64,000 nucleotides of DNA from Thermodesulfobacteriota bacterium (lineage in GTDB: Bacteria > Desulfobacterota > QYQD01), in contig JAVHLC010000006.1 of NCBI GenBank assembly GCA_031082315.1, positions 16,560-80,559 on the forward strand, read 5' to 3'. Below the pieces are notes generated by a model that saw nothing but the letters and a program-made list of their open reading frames with translations, was not told where the DNA came from and did no database searches. The position numbers and the translations under genes are program-made. Shown here one piece after another: positions 9,409 to 18,336 of this stretch. How positions within the stretch are numbered: position 1 is the first letter of the stretch; the number at the start of each line of letters is the position of its first letter.

Positions 9409-9483
9409 GCTATCAGCATTCAGCTGTCAGCAATCAGCACGGTCTCTTTTTTTGTCTGAAAGCTGAAGGCCGATAGCTGACCG
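9409..9483. repeat. inverted pair of heptamer arrays (NNTCAGC x4 / GCTGANN x3-4) between metK and ahcY
   Basis: tatcagc attcagc tgtcagc aatcagc - loop acggtctctttttttgt - ctgaaa gctgaag gccgata gctgacc. Confidence 0.85.
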
Positions 9484-9487
9484 CTTC

Positions 9488-10654
9488 TTATAGCCCGGCT
9501 TTGTCTTTCAATAATTCCACCTTATCCAGCTTTTCCCACGTGAACTCCGGCTCCGGCCGGCCGAAGTGTCCGTAAGCCGCTGTTTTCTTGAATATGGGGC
9601 GTCTTAAATCCAAATAGCTGATAACGTCGGCCGGCTTGAAGCTGAAATTCTCCGTAATGATCTTAACAATCCGGTCGTTAGGGATGGCCTCTGTGCTATA
9701 GGTATTTAGGTTGATGGAAAGCGGCCTGGCCAGACCGATACTATAAGCCACCTGAACCTCGCATTCCCGCGCCAGACCGGCGGCCACCACATTCTTGGCC
9801 ACATATCTGGCCATATAGGAGGGACTGCGATCCACCTTAGAGGGGTCTTTTCCGGAAAAGGCCCCGCCGCCATGGTGTCCGCGGCCTCCATAGGTATCGA
9901 CAATGATTTTTCGCCCGGTGACGCCACAATCGGCCAGCGGCCCGCCCACGACAAAACGGCCGGTCGTATTGATCAGGTATTCTGTATCGCCGGTCATGAG
10001 GTGCGCCGGGATGACCTCCCTGATAACTTCCTCAACAATGGCCTCTTTAATCTCTTTATAGGACACTTCCGGGGTATGCTGGGCGGCAATAACCACAGTT
10101 GGTATGGATACCGGCTCCCCATTGACATAACGGACCGTAACCTGGGTCTTGCCATCCGGTCTCAAAAAGGTAAGTATTCCCTTCTTTCGCACTTCAGCCA
10201 GGCGCATGGCCAGCTTGTGGGCATACCAGATAGGCATGGGCATGAAATCCGGGGTTTCGTCAGAGGCATAGCCAAACATGAGGCCCTGATCGCCGGCTCC
10301 CATTTCATGGTAGAGGCCGGTGCCGTTTACGCCCTGTGCAATATCCGGAGACTGTTTATCGATGCTGGAAAGAACAGCACAGGTCTGCCAGTCAAAACCC
10401 ATGGATGAGTCTGTATAGCCGATTTCTTTTATGGCGCCGCGCACAATTTGCGGCATATCTACATAGCAATCCGTAGTGATCTCGCCGGCTAACAGGACCA
10501 TGCCGGTAGTCACCAATGTCTCACAGGCCACCCGGCCCATTTTATCCTTTTCCAGTATAGCGTCAAGGATAGCATCAGAGATCTGGTCGGCTACCTTATC
10601 CGGATGTCCCTCGGTAACCGATTCTGAGGTAAAAAGGCAATTTTTCATGAACAT
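9488..10654 (-). CDS. metK: S-adenosylmethionine synthetase
   Basis: GHPDK, GAGDQG and [16 protein letters not shown] motifs. AGGAGG 7 nt upstream of the ATG. Confidence 0.97.
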   Translation of the reverse strand: MFMKNCLFTSESVTEGHPDKVADQISDAILDAILEKDKMGRVACETLVTTGMVLLAGEITTDCYVDMPQIVRGAIKEIGYTDSSMGFDWQTCAVLSSIDKQSPDIAQGVNGTGLYHEMGAGDQGLMFGYASDETPDFMPMPIWYAHKLAMRLAEVRKKGILTFLRPDGKTQVTVRYVNGEPVSIPTVVIAAQHTPEVSYKEIKEAIVEEVIREVIPAHLMTGDTEYLINTTGRFVVGGPLADCGVTGRKIIVDTYGGRGHHGGGAFSGKDPSKVDRSPSYMARYVAKNVVAAGLARECEVQVAYSIGLARPLSINLNTYSTEAIPNDRIVKIITENFSFKPADVISYLDLRRPIFKKTAAYGHFGRPEPEFTWEKLDKVELLKDKAGL

Positions 10655-10683
10655 AGTGCGTCCTCCTCTTGCAAACTTGCGGT

Positions 10684-10712
10684 ATATAAACAGATGCCTC
10701 TATCCTTGTCAA
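10684..10712 (-). promoter_or_regulatory. candidate sigma70 promoter for metK-ahcY
   Basis: On the minus strand: TTGACA, a 17-nt spacer, then TTATAT. The leader is only about 25 nt to the SD AGGAGG. Confidence 0.55.
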
Positions 10713-10760
10713 GCTATTAAGGTTCATAATATTGATGATCTCGCAAAAGGTCCAAAATAT

Positions 10761-10889
10761 CACGCAAAGCCGCCAAGGACGCAAAAATAATAAAATTTGG
10801 AACTCAGGAACTCATGAAAAAATCTTTTACTCCTGATTTCTTGATTTCCAGATTTTCATTTTTCTTTGAGGTCTTTGCGCCTTTGCGTG
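10761..10889. repeat. nested repeat: GCAAAG-type inverted arms (10761..10785 / 10864..10889) enclosing a 68-bp GGAACTC element (10792..10859)
   Basis: The outer arms cacgcaaagccgccaaggacgcaaa and ctttgaggtctttgcgcctttgcgtg are related to 36681..36774. The inner element recurs at 31529..31599. Confidence 0.8.
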
Positions 10890-10996
10890 CTCAGCGGTGA
10901 AAAGGCTTTTTTACGAATTGATCAATATTAGTATCGAGAAATTATTTAGTTCTACTTAACACAGGGTTCGTCTTGGGAAGTGATGTCGCCGGGGGT

Positions 10997-11614
10997 TTAG
11001 CTTGGACTAACCATACCACCCGAAAGAATAAGCTTAAAGGCATCTTCGATAGAGATATCCACATTAATAATATCTTCTTCCGGTACGATAAGATAAAATC
11101 CAGAGGTGGGGTTAGGGGTTGTGGGTACAAAAACACCGACCATGTGAGGACGGGTGTTTGCAGACAGTTTATCGCCGGCCTTCCCGGTGATAAAACCAAG
11201 ACTATAAATACCCCGGCGGGGGTATTCAATCAATACTACCTTCTTAAACTGGGTATCGCCCTTGACAAATATGGCCTCCGAGACCTGCCTGAGGGCGCCG
11301 TAAAGCACCCTGACCAGGGGGATTTTATCTACGACCATTTCCCAGTAGCCCAGGGCCTTTTTGCCGATATAGTTGCGGACCAGAAGCCCGGCAATCAGGG
11401 CCATAATTACGGTGTATATGATGCCCAGGCCCGGGATATGGAAGGGTAGGTAGGTCTCAGGATTGAACTTCTTCGGGAGGATGTCCCCGATTGAATCAAT
11501 AAAATTTATCATCCCTGTTGCGACGTATATCGTCACGAAGATGGGGATGAGAATTAAAAGCCCGGTCAAAAATAGATTTTTTATCTTGCTTATGAATTGC
11601 TTCATAGAGGTCAA
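10997..11614 (-). CDS. DUF502 family membrane protein
   Basis: Two N-terminal TM helices and the characteristic C-terminal VPTTPNPTSGF motif. The start overlaps the panD stop (ATGA). Confidence 0.85.
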   Translation of the reverse strand: MTSMKQFISKIKNLFLTGLLILIPIFVTIYVATGMINFIDSIGDILPKKFNPETYLPFHIPGLGIIYTVIMALIAGLLVRNYIGKKALGYWEMVVDKIPLVRVLYGALRQVSEAIFVKGDTQFKKVVLIEYPRRGIYSLGFITGKAGDKLSANTRPHMVGVFVPTTPNPTSGFYLIVPEEDIINVDISIEDAFKLILSGGMVSPS

Positions 11615-11958
11615 ACGATGCGGTTATCTTTATCTACGTGTACAAGGCGCGGTCTGTAGCCTGCCAATTCATCTTCGCTGTAAAGGGCGTAAGTGGCTAC
11701 TATGAGCAGGTCGCCGACCACTCCCTTGCGGGCCGCTGCGCCATTAAGACAGATAACGCCGGAATCAGGCAGGCCCTCAATAGCGTAAGTCTCAAAACGT
11801 TCGCCGTTGTTTATATTATAGACCCGGACCATTTCGAAAGGTAAGATGCCCGCGGCCCTCATAAGGGAGGCGTCTATGGTCAGGCTGCCTTCGTAATTCA
11901 GATCGGCCTCCGTTACCTTTACGCGGTGCAGTTTTGATTTCAGCATAAGCCGTTGCAT
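11611..11958 (-). CDS. panD: aspartate 1-decarboxylase (pyruvoyl-dependent)
   Basis: MQRLMLKSKLHRVKVTEADLNYEGSLTID carries the self-cleavage site context YEGS. The longer ORF-track start (12054) runs into a G-run repeat and overlaps panC, so I chose the internal ATG at 11958. Confidence 0.9.
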   Translation of the reverse strand: MQRLMLKSKLHRVKVTEADLNYEGSLTIDASLMRAAGILPFEMVRVYNINNGERFETYAIEGLPDSGVICLNGAAARKGVVGDLLIVATYALYSEDELAGYRPRLVHVDKDNRIV

Positions 11959-11973
11959 CTTATTTATTCTCCT

Positions 11974-12020
11974 GAAAATCCCCCTGTATTCCTCCTTTTT
12001 ACTAAGGGGGAGTGAGGGGG
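11974..12020. repeat. G/C-run hairpin repeat (GAAAATCCCCCTGTAT...AAGGGGGA), copy 1
   Basis: Shares gaaaatccccctgtatYccYcctttt..aaggggga with 44034..44110. Lies between panC and panD. Confidence 0.8.
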
Positions 12021-12026
12021 GTATTT

Positions 12027-12887
12027 TCATTTTCCTCCTGTGGATAAAAGACAATTGTCGATAAGACGTGTTTTTCCTACCCGGGCGGCTATGGCCAGCA
12101 AGGTCTTATCTTTGATTATATCTCGTTCATCTAATGTCTCCGGATGACAAAAACTGATATATTCTATTTCTATCTTAGCGCTATTATATGAAGTTATCAG
12201 TTCTTTTATAGCCTTCTTTATCCGTTCAGGGCCTTTTTCTCCTTTACGGACCAGATCCTTAGCCACGGAAATGGCCTGTTGAAGGCTGAGCGCCGCCTTT
12301 CTCTCTGCCGGGGATAAGCAGGTGTTGCGCGAACTCATGGCCAGGCCGTCTTTTTCACGGACGATGGGCCGGCCTGTAACCTTGACCGCCATGTTTAAAT
12401 CACCGGCCATATGGCGGATGGCCAGCCATTGCTGGTAATCTTTCAGCCCGAATACGGCCTCATGAGGTTGTACGATATTAAAAAGTTTAGTTACTACCGT
12501 GGTTACCCCGCGAAAGTGTCCCGGTCGGCGACGGCCACAGAGCGGTTGGGTTAGTTGTTCCACCTCCACATGCGTCTGAAATCCCCGTGGGTACATGTCT
12601 TGTGCGGACGGACAGAAGAGGACATCCGCTCCGGCCTTTTCAGCCATTACCCGGTCGCGTTTAAGGTCACGCGGATAGCGTTCAAGGTCCTCTGACGGGC
12701 CGAATTGCATGGGGTTTACAAAGATGCTCACCACCAGGAGGTCGCATCTGTTACGGGCATAGGTCATGAGGCTTATATGTCCCGCATGGAAGAACCCCAT
12801 GGTAGGGACAAGGGCAATCCGTTTGCCTTCAGTCCTTTTTTGCATGGACAGGGATTGCATCCTGGCCACGGATTTTATTATCTTCAT
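12027..12887 (-). CDS. panC: pantoate--beta-alanine ligase
   Basis: KRIALVPTMGFFHAGHISL (HIGH-type nucleotidyltransferase motif). Length and N-terminal spacing are as in characterised PanC. Confidence 0.95.
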   Translation of the reverse strand: MKIIKSVARMQSLSMQKRTEGKRIALVPTMGFFHAGHISLMTYARNRCDLLVVSIFVNPMQFGPSEDLERYPRDLKRDRVMAEKAGADVLFCPSAQDMYPRGFQTHVEVEQLTQPLCGRRRPGHFRGVTTVVTKLFNIVQPHEAVFGLKDYQQWLAIRHMAGDLNMAVKVTGRPIVREKDGLAMSSRNTCLSPAERKAALSLQQAISVAKDLVRKGEKGPERIKKAIKELITSYNSAKIEIEYISFCHPETLDERDIIKDKTLLAIAARVGKTRLIDNCLLSTGGK

Positions 12888-12925
12888 AGTTCACAGTATT
12901 AAATCGCTGTCTTGATGCGGACGCA

Positions 12926-12954
12926 ATTTAACAACTGCCCTTTCTTTTTGTCAA
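12926..12954 (-). promoter_or_regulatory. candidate sigma70 promoter for panC-panD-DUF502
   Basis: On the minus strand: TTGACA, a 17-nt spacer, then TTAAAT. Confidence 0.4.
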
Positions 12955-13023
12955 GTTTTGTTAGTTAGCGACTATTTACCGCAGAGCACACAGAGGACGC
13001 AGAGTCAGGCCATTTAATACCTG

Positions 13024-13071
13024 AGGACAGGCGGGTCGCCATAGGCTGGCCGAGGACAGACGCCTGTCCTC
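13024..13071. repeat. GAGGACAGGCG ... CGCCTGTCCTC hairpin repeat
   Basis: 11-bp perfect inverted repeat with a 26-nt loop. The word gaggacagg recurs at 3036..3044. Confidence 0.7.
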
Positions 13072-13092
13072 CTGATAGATGATGGCTGAAAG

Positions 13093-13932
13093 CTAACAGC
13101 TGATAGCCGCTTTTCTCAGTAGATTACTTATCTGAACAAAATCATTAACCCCCAGGGTTTCGGCCCTTCTCTGTCCATCAATGTTCAGGGTTCCCAGGAC
13201 GCTTCTAATCAGTTCAGGAGGAAAGCCGGGGTGTGCGAGGGCATTTTGCAGGGTCTTGCGGCGTTTCTGGAAGGCGCTTTTGACTATTTTTTTAAAGAGG
13301 GATTCATCCTCAGCGATTACCTCCGGGGGGCGGAGATGAAACCCCAGGACCATAGAATCTACTTCCGGTCTGGGATAGAATTGAGCGGCAGGCGCTCTTA
13401 AGACCTTTTCGATGGTGGCGCAATAATTGAAGAACACGGCAAGAATACCATATGTTTTGCTGCCGGGTGGGGCGACGATCCTTTCGGCCACCTCCTTTTG
13501 GAGCATAACAAAGGCATTTTTAAACGAAGACCGACATTCCCATATCTTAAAAAGTATAGGGCTGGAAATATAGTAAGGCAGGTTCCCTATTATCTTTAGT
13601 TTTTGTCTATATTTTCTTTCCAATGCCTGAAAGTCAACTTTCAGTATGTCCTGGTGTACTATTTCCAGCGTGGAAGGGAGGGTATATTCTTCCTTCACGA
13701 TAGCAATCAGGCGCGGGTCAACTTCGAAGCTAATGAGTTTTTTGACCTTGGCGGCCAGGGGAAGGGTGAGAATGCCCAGGCCCATGCCCACTTCAATGAC
13801 TATGTCCTCTGCCCCCAATCCCGCCTTTTCAATTATGGCCCTAGCGATGTCCGGGTTTATAAGGAAATTTTGCCCCCGGCTCTTTGAGGGCCGTATGTCG
13901 TACTTTTTTAGTAATCCTTGCGGGCTGGTCAT
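13093..13932 (-). CDS. rsmA: 16S rRNA (adenine1518/1519-N6)-dimethyltransferase
   Basis: SRGQNFL, VIEVGMGLGILT and GNLPYYISSPILF motifs of KsgA/RsmA. The last codons (AAISC) lie in a GCTGA heptamer array. Confidence 0.95.
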   Translation of the reverse strand: MTSPQGLLKKYDIRPSKSRGQNFLINPDIARAIIEKAGLGAEDIVIEVGMGLGILTLPLAAKVKKLISFEVDPRLIAIVKEEYTLPSTLEIVHQDILKVDFQALERKYRQKLKIIGNLPYYISSPILFKIWECRSSFKNAFVMLQKEVAERIVAPPGSKTYGILAVFFNYCATIEKVLRAPAAQFYPRPEVDSMVLGFHLRPPEVIAEDESLFKKIVKSAFQKRRKTLQNALAHPGFPPELIRSVLGTLNIDGQRRAETLGVNDFVQISNLLRKAAISC

Positions 13933-13975
13933 TGGGCGCTTAGTTCAAAGTTTAAATAGTGTCCGGGTTATGTGT

Positions 13976-14431
13976 TTATATGGACCGTCTGGCCCGGCGC
14001 TTTGTCCTGAGGTGCTTAAAGATGTAAAGTGTAAGGAAATAGGTAATAACCGCTGGTATAATGCCGAGGATCACTCCACCAATGAGCATAGTGAGCACTA
14101 ACTCCCAGCCGGCGCGGGCTATATCGATAATAGAATAGGTATGTGGCAGTTTCATTTCAAAAGAGGTGACCCATTTCCCGAGGTAATAGGCTAGGTAATA
14201 GTAGATGGGTATGGTGACGGGATTACTGATTATAATGGCCCCGATAAGCCCAGCTATGCGGCTGCTGCTCAATAGAGAGGTTGCCAGGAGGATCATCACC
14301 GTGTGGAATGGTATGGTTGGGGTAAGGCCGATAAAGACACCAATGGCCATGCCGCAGGCAATCGCCCGGGGATTGCCCTTGAGGTTCTTCATGCGGAGAT
14401 AATAGTATCTTAATGTCCTTTTTAAAGTCAT
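13976..14431 (-). CDS. DUF2062 family membrane protein
   Basis: LKGNPRAIACGMAIGVFIGLTPTIPFHTVMILLA plus three TM helices, the typical DUF2062 pattern. Overlaps the tsaD stop by 4 nt. Confidence 0.75.
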   Translation of the reverse strand: MTLKRTLRYYYLRMKNLKGNPRAIACGMAIGVFIGLTPTIPFHTVMILLATSLLSSSRIAGLIGAIIISNPVTIPIYYYLAYYLGKWVTSFEMKLPHTYSIIDIARAGWELVLTMLIGGVILGIIPAVITYFLTLYIFKHLRTKRRARRSI

Positions 14432-15429
14432 GGTCTATTTTTGGAATAGGCATCTAGGGTTAGGCCGGAAACCTCTCCTTTCCGGAAACGATGGTATCCG
14501 GCCACCGCAATCATCGCGGCATTATCCGTGCAAAGGGACGGCTCCGGGATAAAGACCTTAACCCCGGCCTTTTTTGCGGCCGCGCCGAGGGCTTCCCTTA
14601 AACGGCGATTAGAAGCTACCCCGCCTGCCGCAACAATATTTTTGACCTTATATTGCAGGGCGGCCTTCATGGTCTTATCTGTCAGGACATCGACTACGGC
14701 CTCCTGAAAGGCGGCCGCCGTATCCTCGTAGGGCGCTGGTATCCGGTTCTCCCGACAACAGCGTATATAATTGGCTACTGCGGTCTTAAGGCCGCTGAAG
14801 CTGAAGTCGAAGGAATCCTTACTGATAATGGCCCGGGGGAGATTGATTTTTTTAGGGTTCCCTTGTTCGGCCAGCCGGCTGATTACCTCTCCCCCGGGAT
14901 AGCCAAGCCCCAGCAGTTTTGCCACCTTATCGAAGGCCTCGCCGGCGGCGTCATCCCGCGTCTGGCCCAGGAGGCGATAATCTGTAAAGTCAGAGACGTA
15001 GTACAGGGCGGTATGCCCGCCTGAGGCCATAAGGGCGACATAGGGGAAGGAAGGGGTATCTTCTTCCAGATAAATAGATAAAAGGTGTCCTTCGATGTGG
15101 CTCACGCCAATAAGGGGGAGTCCCCGCGCATAAGAAAGGGCCTTGGCAAAGGAGAGGCCGATCAGTAGTGACCCTACTAGCCCCGGCCCCTGGGTGGCGG
15201 CTATGGCGTCAATGCCATTTAAAGATACCCCGGCCCGTTCCAGGGCCTCTTCCACAACAGGATAGATGGCTTCGATGTGTTTGCGGGAGGCCAGTTCCGG
15301 TACGACGCCGCCGTAACGGCGATGCACATCCACCTGGGAGGCCACCACACTGGATAATATGATCTTTCCGTCCCGGACGACAGCCGCGGCTGTCTCATCA
15401 CAGGAGCTTTCGATACCCAGGATAAGCAC
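14428..15429 (-). CDS. tsaD: tRNA N6-adenosine threonylcarbamoyltransferase
   Basis: ILGIESSCDETAAAV and the metal site SHIEGHLL. ASKHA-fold Kae1/TsaD family over the full length. Confidence 0.95.
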   Translation of the reverse strand: MLILGIESSCDETAAAVVRDGKIILSSVVASQVDVHRRYGGVVPELASRKHIEAIYPVVEEALERAGVSLNGIDAIAATQGPGLVGSLLIGLSFAKALSYARGLPLIGVSHIEGHLLSIYLEEDTPSFPYVALMASGGHTALYYVSDFTDYRLLGQTRDDAAGEAFDKVAKLLGLGYPGGEVISRLAEQGNPKKINLPRAIISKDSFDFSFSGLKTAVANYIRCCRENRIPAPYEDTAAAFQEAVVDVLTDKTMKAALQYKVKNIVAAGGVASNRRLREALGAAAKKAGVKVFIPEPSLCTDNAAMIAVAGYHRFRKGEVSGLTLDAYSKNRP

Positions 15430-15431
15430 GT

Positions 15432-16355
15432 TCAGACCCTGTCGGCACAGCCCAGGGCCTGTATCCTGTCTGCAATGATTTGTGCTACTTTTTCCCGGGC
15501 CGGCCCCAGGATTTTTCTCAGGTCGAAGGTCTCCGGCTTTTCCGCCAGGATGCGGCGCATGGCGCTGACGAAACCAAGACGGAGGTCCGTATCGATGTTG
15601 ACCTTGGCTACACCCACCTTGATAGCCTTTTGCACTTCTTCCAGGGGCACGCCTTTGGCCTCCCCAATCGGAATGCCGGAACCAATGGCCTCTTGAAGAA
15701 GGTCAGCCGGAATAGAAGACGCGCCGTGCAGGACGAGGGGTATCCCCGTCTTTTCTTTAACCTTTTTTAGTCGTTCCAGGTCGAGGCGGGCAGCGCCTTT
15801 ATACTTGAAGGCCCCGTGCGATGTCCCTACGGCCGGAGCCAGAGAGTCAATATCTGTCTCCCGCACGAAACGGCCGGCCTCTTCAGGATCGACGAGTACG
15901 GCGTCTCTTTCCGCCACAGACACGGTATCCTCTACACCCATGAGGCGGCCCAGTTCGGCTTCTACCGAGACCCCGGACTGGCGGGCTATTTCCACCACCT
16001 GTCGGGTCAGGGCTGCGTTTTCGGCATAAGGCAGGTGAGAGGCGTCGATCATGACCGAGGTAAATCCGGCCTGAATACAGGCCCTGATCGTTTCCAGCTT
16101 GTGCCCATGATCCAGATGCAGGGCTACGGGGATATCTACCTCTCCGGCCAGTGTCCTGGCCATGGATACGATGGTCGATAGTCCGGCATAACTGATGGCT
16201 CCTTCTGAAGCCTGGATAATGACCGGGGCGCGCAGGTTATTGGCCGTCTGTAAAATGGCCTGTAACATTTCCATATTAACAAAATTAAAGGCCCCTATGG
16301 CGTAGCCTTCCCGGTAAGCCTTAAGCAATATGTTTTTGGCAGGTACAAGCGGCAT
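15432..16355 (-). CDS. fba: class II fructose-1,6-bisphosphate aldolase
   Basis: Zn-ligand context VALHLDHGH, plus VLHGASS and TDLRLGF. Length is about 307 aa. Confidence 0.93.
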   Translation of the reverse strand: MPLVPAKNILLKAYREGYAIGAFNFVNMEMLQAILQTANNLRAPVIIQASEGAISYAGLSTIVSMARTLAGEVDIPVALHLDHGHKLETIRACIQAGFTSVMIDASHLPYAENAALTRQVVEIARQSGVSVEAELGRLMGVEDTVSVAERDAVLVDPEEAGRFVRETDIDSLAPAVGTSHGAFKYKGAARLDLERLKKVKEKTGIPLVLHGASSIPADLLQEAIGSGIPIGEAKGVPLEEVQKAIKVGVAKVNIDTDLRLGFVSAMRRILAEKPETFDLRKILGPAREKVAQIIADRIQALGCADRV

Positions 16356-17380
16356 CAGGATATCCTTTCTCCTTTTATGAACTGTTCGGCAATAAGTACA
16401 TCTTCTTTGCTTCCTATGTAAAGCGGCACACGCTGATGCAATTCCTTGGGCTCGAGATCAAGTATGCCCTGGAAGCCGGTGCTGGCATAGCCGCCGGCCT
16501 GCTCCACGACAAAGGACAGCGGGTTGCACTCACACATGAGGCGCAGTTTGCCAAGGGGCTTTTTGGGGTCTTTTTTGTCCGGAGGGTACATAAATATACC
16601 GCCATGCAGGAGATTGCGATGGAAATCCGCCACCAGAGAACCAATATAGCGCCCCGTGTACGGCCTTTTTGTTTCCCTATCCGGCGTTTTAAAATAGCTC
16701 ACAAGTTTTTTAACTTCATCCGCCCAATAGCTATAGTTGCCTTCGTTAACGCTAAAGGCCCTTCCCCGCTCCGGTATCTTGATATTCTCATGGGATAACA
16801 AGAACTCGCCTATGCTCGGAAGGAGTGTAAATCCGTGTACGCCGCTGCCTGACGTATAGACCATCATGCTGCTGGAGCCATAGACAAAGTAGCCGGCTGC
16901 GACCTGTTTGCTTCCTTTCTGGAGGATATCTTCCAGGGTTGGGTCGGCAGGCATCGGGGTTACGCGGCGGTAAATGGAGAAGATAGTGCCGATGCTGACG
17001 TTTACGTCGATATTGGATGAACCGTCCAAGGGGTCGAAGATCAGGACATAATTGCCTTTGGTAAATCTCTCAGGGACGGGTATTATATCCGGGTCTTCTT
17101 CTGAGGCCATAGCGCACAATTCTCCGGTGTGGGCCATACGCTCAACGATGGTCCTATGGGCGAATTCATCCAGCTTCTGTACCTGCTCTCCCTGGATGTT
17201 TTCTCGTCCGGCATAACCCAGTATGTCCACCAGGCCGGCCTTGTTTACCTCGCGAGAGATGATTTTGGCGGCCACAATGAGTTCGGATAACAACCGCGTG
17301 AATGCACCGGTAGCCTCGGGGTGGGCCTTCTGGGTGGTCAGCAGGTGTTCTATGACCGTTGTTCCTAATAGAGACGGCAT
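16355..17380 (-). CDS. fbp: class 1 fructose-1,6-bisphosphatase
   Basis: DPLDGSSNIDVNVSIGTIF metal-binding motif and GGIFMYP. I chose ATG 17380 (AAGGAG 7 nt upstream). The ORF-track start at 17419 lies inside a repeat that gives the same MMLP artefact at 30634. Confidence 0.93.
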   Translation of the reverse strand: MPSLLGTTVIEHLLTTQKAHPEATGAFTRLLSELIVAAKIISREVNKAGLVDILGYAGRENIQGEQVQKLDEFAHRTIVERMAHTGELCAMASEEDPDIIPVPERFTKGNYVLIFDPLDGSSNIDVNVSIGTIFSIYRRVTPMPADPTLEDILQKGSKQVAAGYFVYGSSSMMVYTSGSGVHGFTLLPSIGEFLLSHENIKIPERGRAFSVNEGNYSYWADEVKKLVSYFKTPDRETKRPYTGRYIGSLVADFHRNLLHGGIFMYPPDKKDPKKPLGKLRLMCECNPLSFVVEQAGGYASTGFQGILDLEPKELHQRVPLYIGSKEDVLIAEQFIKGERIS

Positions 17381-17406
17381 GCATTTCTCCTTAATAACCA
17401 TACGAT

Positions 17407-17597
17407 TAGGCAACATCACCGGTCATTAGTTATCGGTCATTGGTTAGTGCACGACCGGAAACTACCGTTTCCGGTCGTGCCACAGGCCGATTTGCCGGGG
17501 CGAACTTCACGCTTTCAGCGTCAGCTGTCAGCCATCAGCAAAAAATCCAAGACAAATAGTACCTTAAGCTGAATGCTGATCGTTTTTACCAGTGACA
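17407..17597 (-). repeat. composite ~190-bp element family A, copy 1 (reverse orientation), directly upstream of fbp
   Basis: The reverse complement aligns by eye at roughly 90 percent identity with 30461..30646 from ttgtcactggtaaaa to gtgatgttgccta. Confidence 0.9.
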
Positions 17598-17682
17598 AAT
17601 GACTATTGACTAATGACATTCACTTTGTTTGTTTTTTACCACAAAGTCACTGAAAAAGCCAAGGCCTAAAACAGCCAAAAGC

Positions 17683-17712
17683 GGAAAGCTGAAGGCTGAT
17701 AGCTGATGGCTG
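17683..17712. repeat. GCTGANN heptamer array abutting the TetR gene stop
   Basis: ggaaagctgaaggctgatagctgatggctg. Confidence 0.8.
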
Positions 17713-17716
17713 TTTT

Positions 17717-18301
17717 TCAGGATACAGCAATTCCGCGAATAAAGAAATCGCTGATCTGTTTGGCTGCAGTATGCGTGCTGTATTTTTTTTGAGGGGAGAG
17801 TATCCAGAAACGGGACATTTCATCTAAGGCTCCGAAAAAAGCCCGCTTGGCTATGCCCGGCATGACGTCTTTGCGGATGAGGCCTTGTTCCTGGCCTTTT
17901 TTTATAATGGAAGAGATTATATTTACATACTCGGCAAATTTTTTATTGCGATATTCCTTCATGAATTTACTACTCTGCCGGATTTCGACCTGGAGCACCT
18001 CGGCCATTTCTCTGTTTTCTTCTACGATTTTCAGGTGAACCCGGGAAAAAATCTCTAATTGTTTGAGCGGGTTTTCTTCTTTGGCCAGTTCTTCCCGCAT
18101 GTTGGTTATAATTTCCCCCATCTCTTCCTCAAAGAGGGAGATGAGTATGTCATATTTATTGTTAAAATAAAGATATATCGTGCCGTCTGCCACATTTGCT
18201 TCTTTGGCGATTTCTGAGATGCGCGAGTTAAAAAAACCGTTCCGGGCAAAAATTTTAACGGCGGCCTGGATAATCTTCTGATGTTTGTCGGTGGCTTTCA
18301 C
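17717..18301 (-). CDS. TetR/AcrR family transcriptional regulator
   Basis: N-terminal HTH QKIIQAAVKIFARNGFFNSRISEIAKEANVADGTIYLYFNNKYD followed by a helical ligand domain. Confidence 0.9.
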   Translation of the reverse strand: MKATDKHQKIIQAAVKIFARNGFFNSRISEIAKEANVADGTIYLYFNNKYDILISLFEEEMGEIITNMREELAKEENPLKQLEIFSRVHLKIVEENREMAEVLQVEIRQSSKFMKEYRNKKFAEYVNIISSIIKKGQEQGLIRKDVMPGIAKRAFFGALDEMSRFWILSPQKKYSTHTAAKQISDFFIRGIAVS

Positions 18302-18336
18302 AGAGTTATAGGCTTATTTGGCTCAAAAAAGATCCT

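Noticed and set aside
10655-10683. SAM riboswitch upstream of metK
   Set aside because: The predicted promoter leaves only about 25 nt of leader before the SD, far too short for any SAM riboswitch class. I saw no conserved riboswitch helices.
17381-17419. N-terminal extension MMLPNRMVIKEKC of fbp, and the same MMLP start for the glmU-like ORF at 30634
   Set aside because: Both extensions come from the same repeat (gtgatgttgccta). fbp has a good AAGGAG-ATG at 17380. Identical N-termini on unrelated proteins are an artefact.
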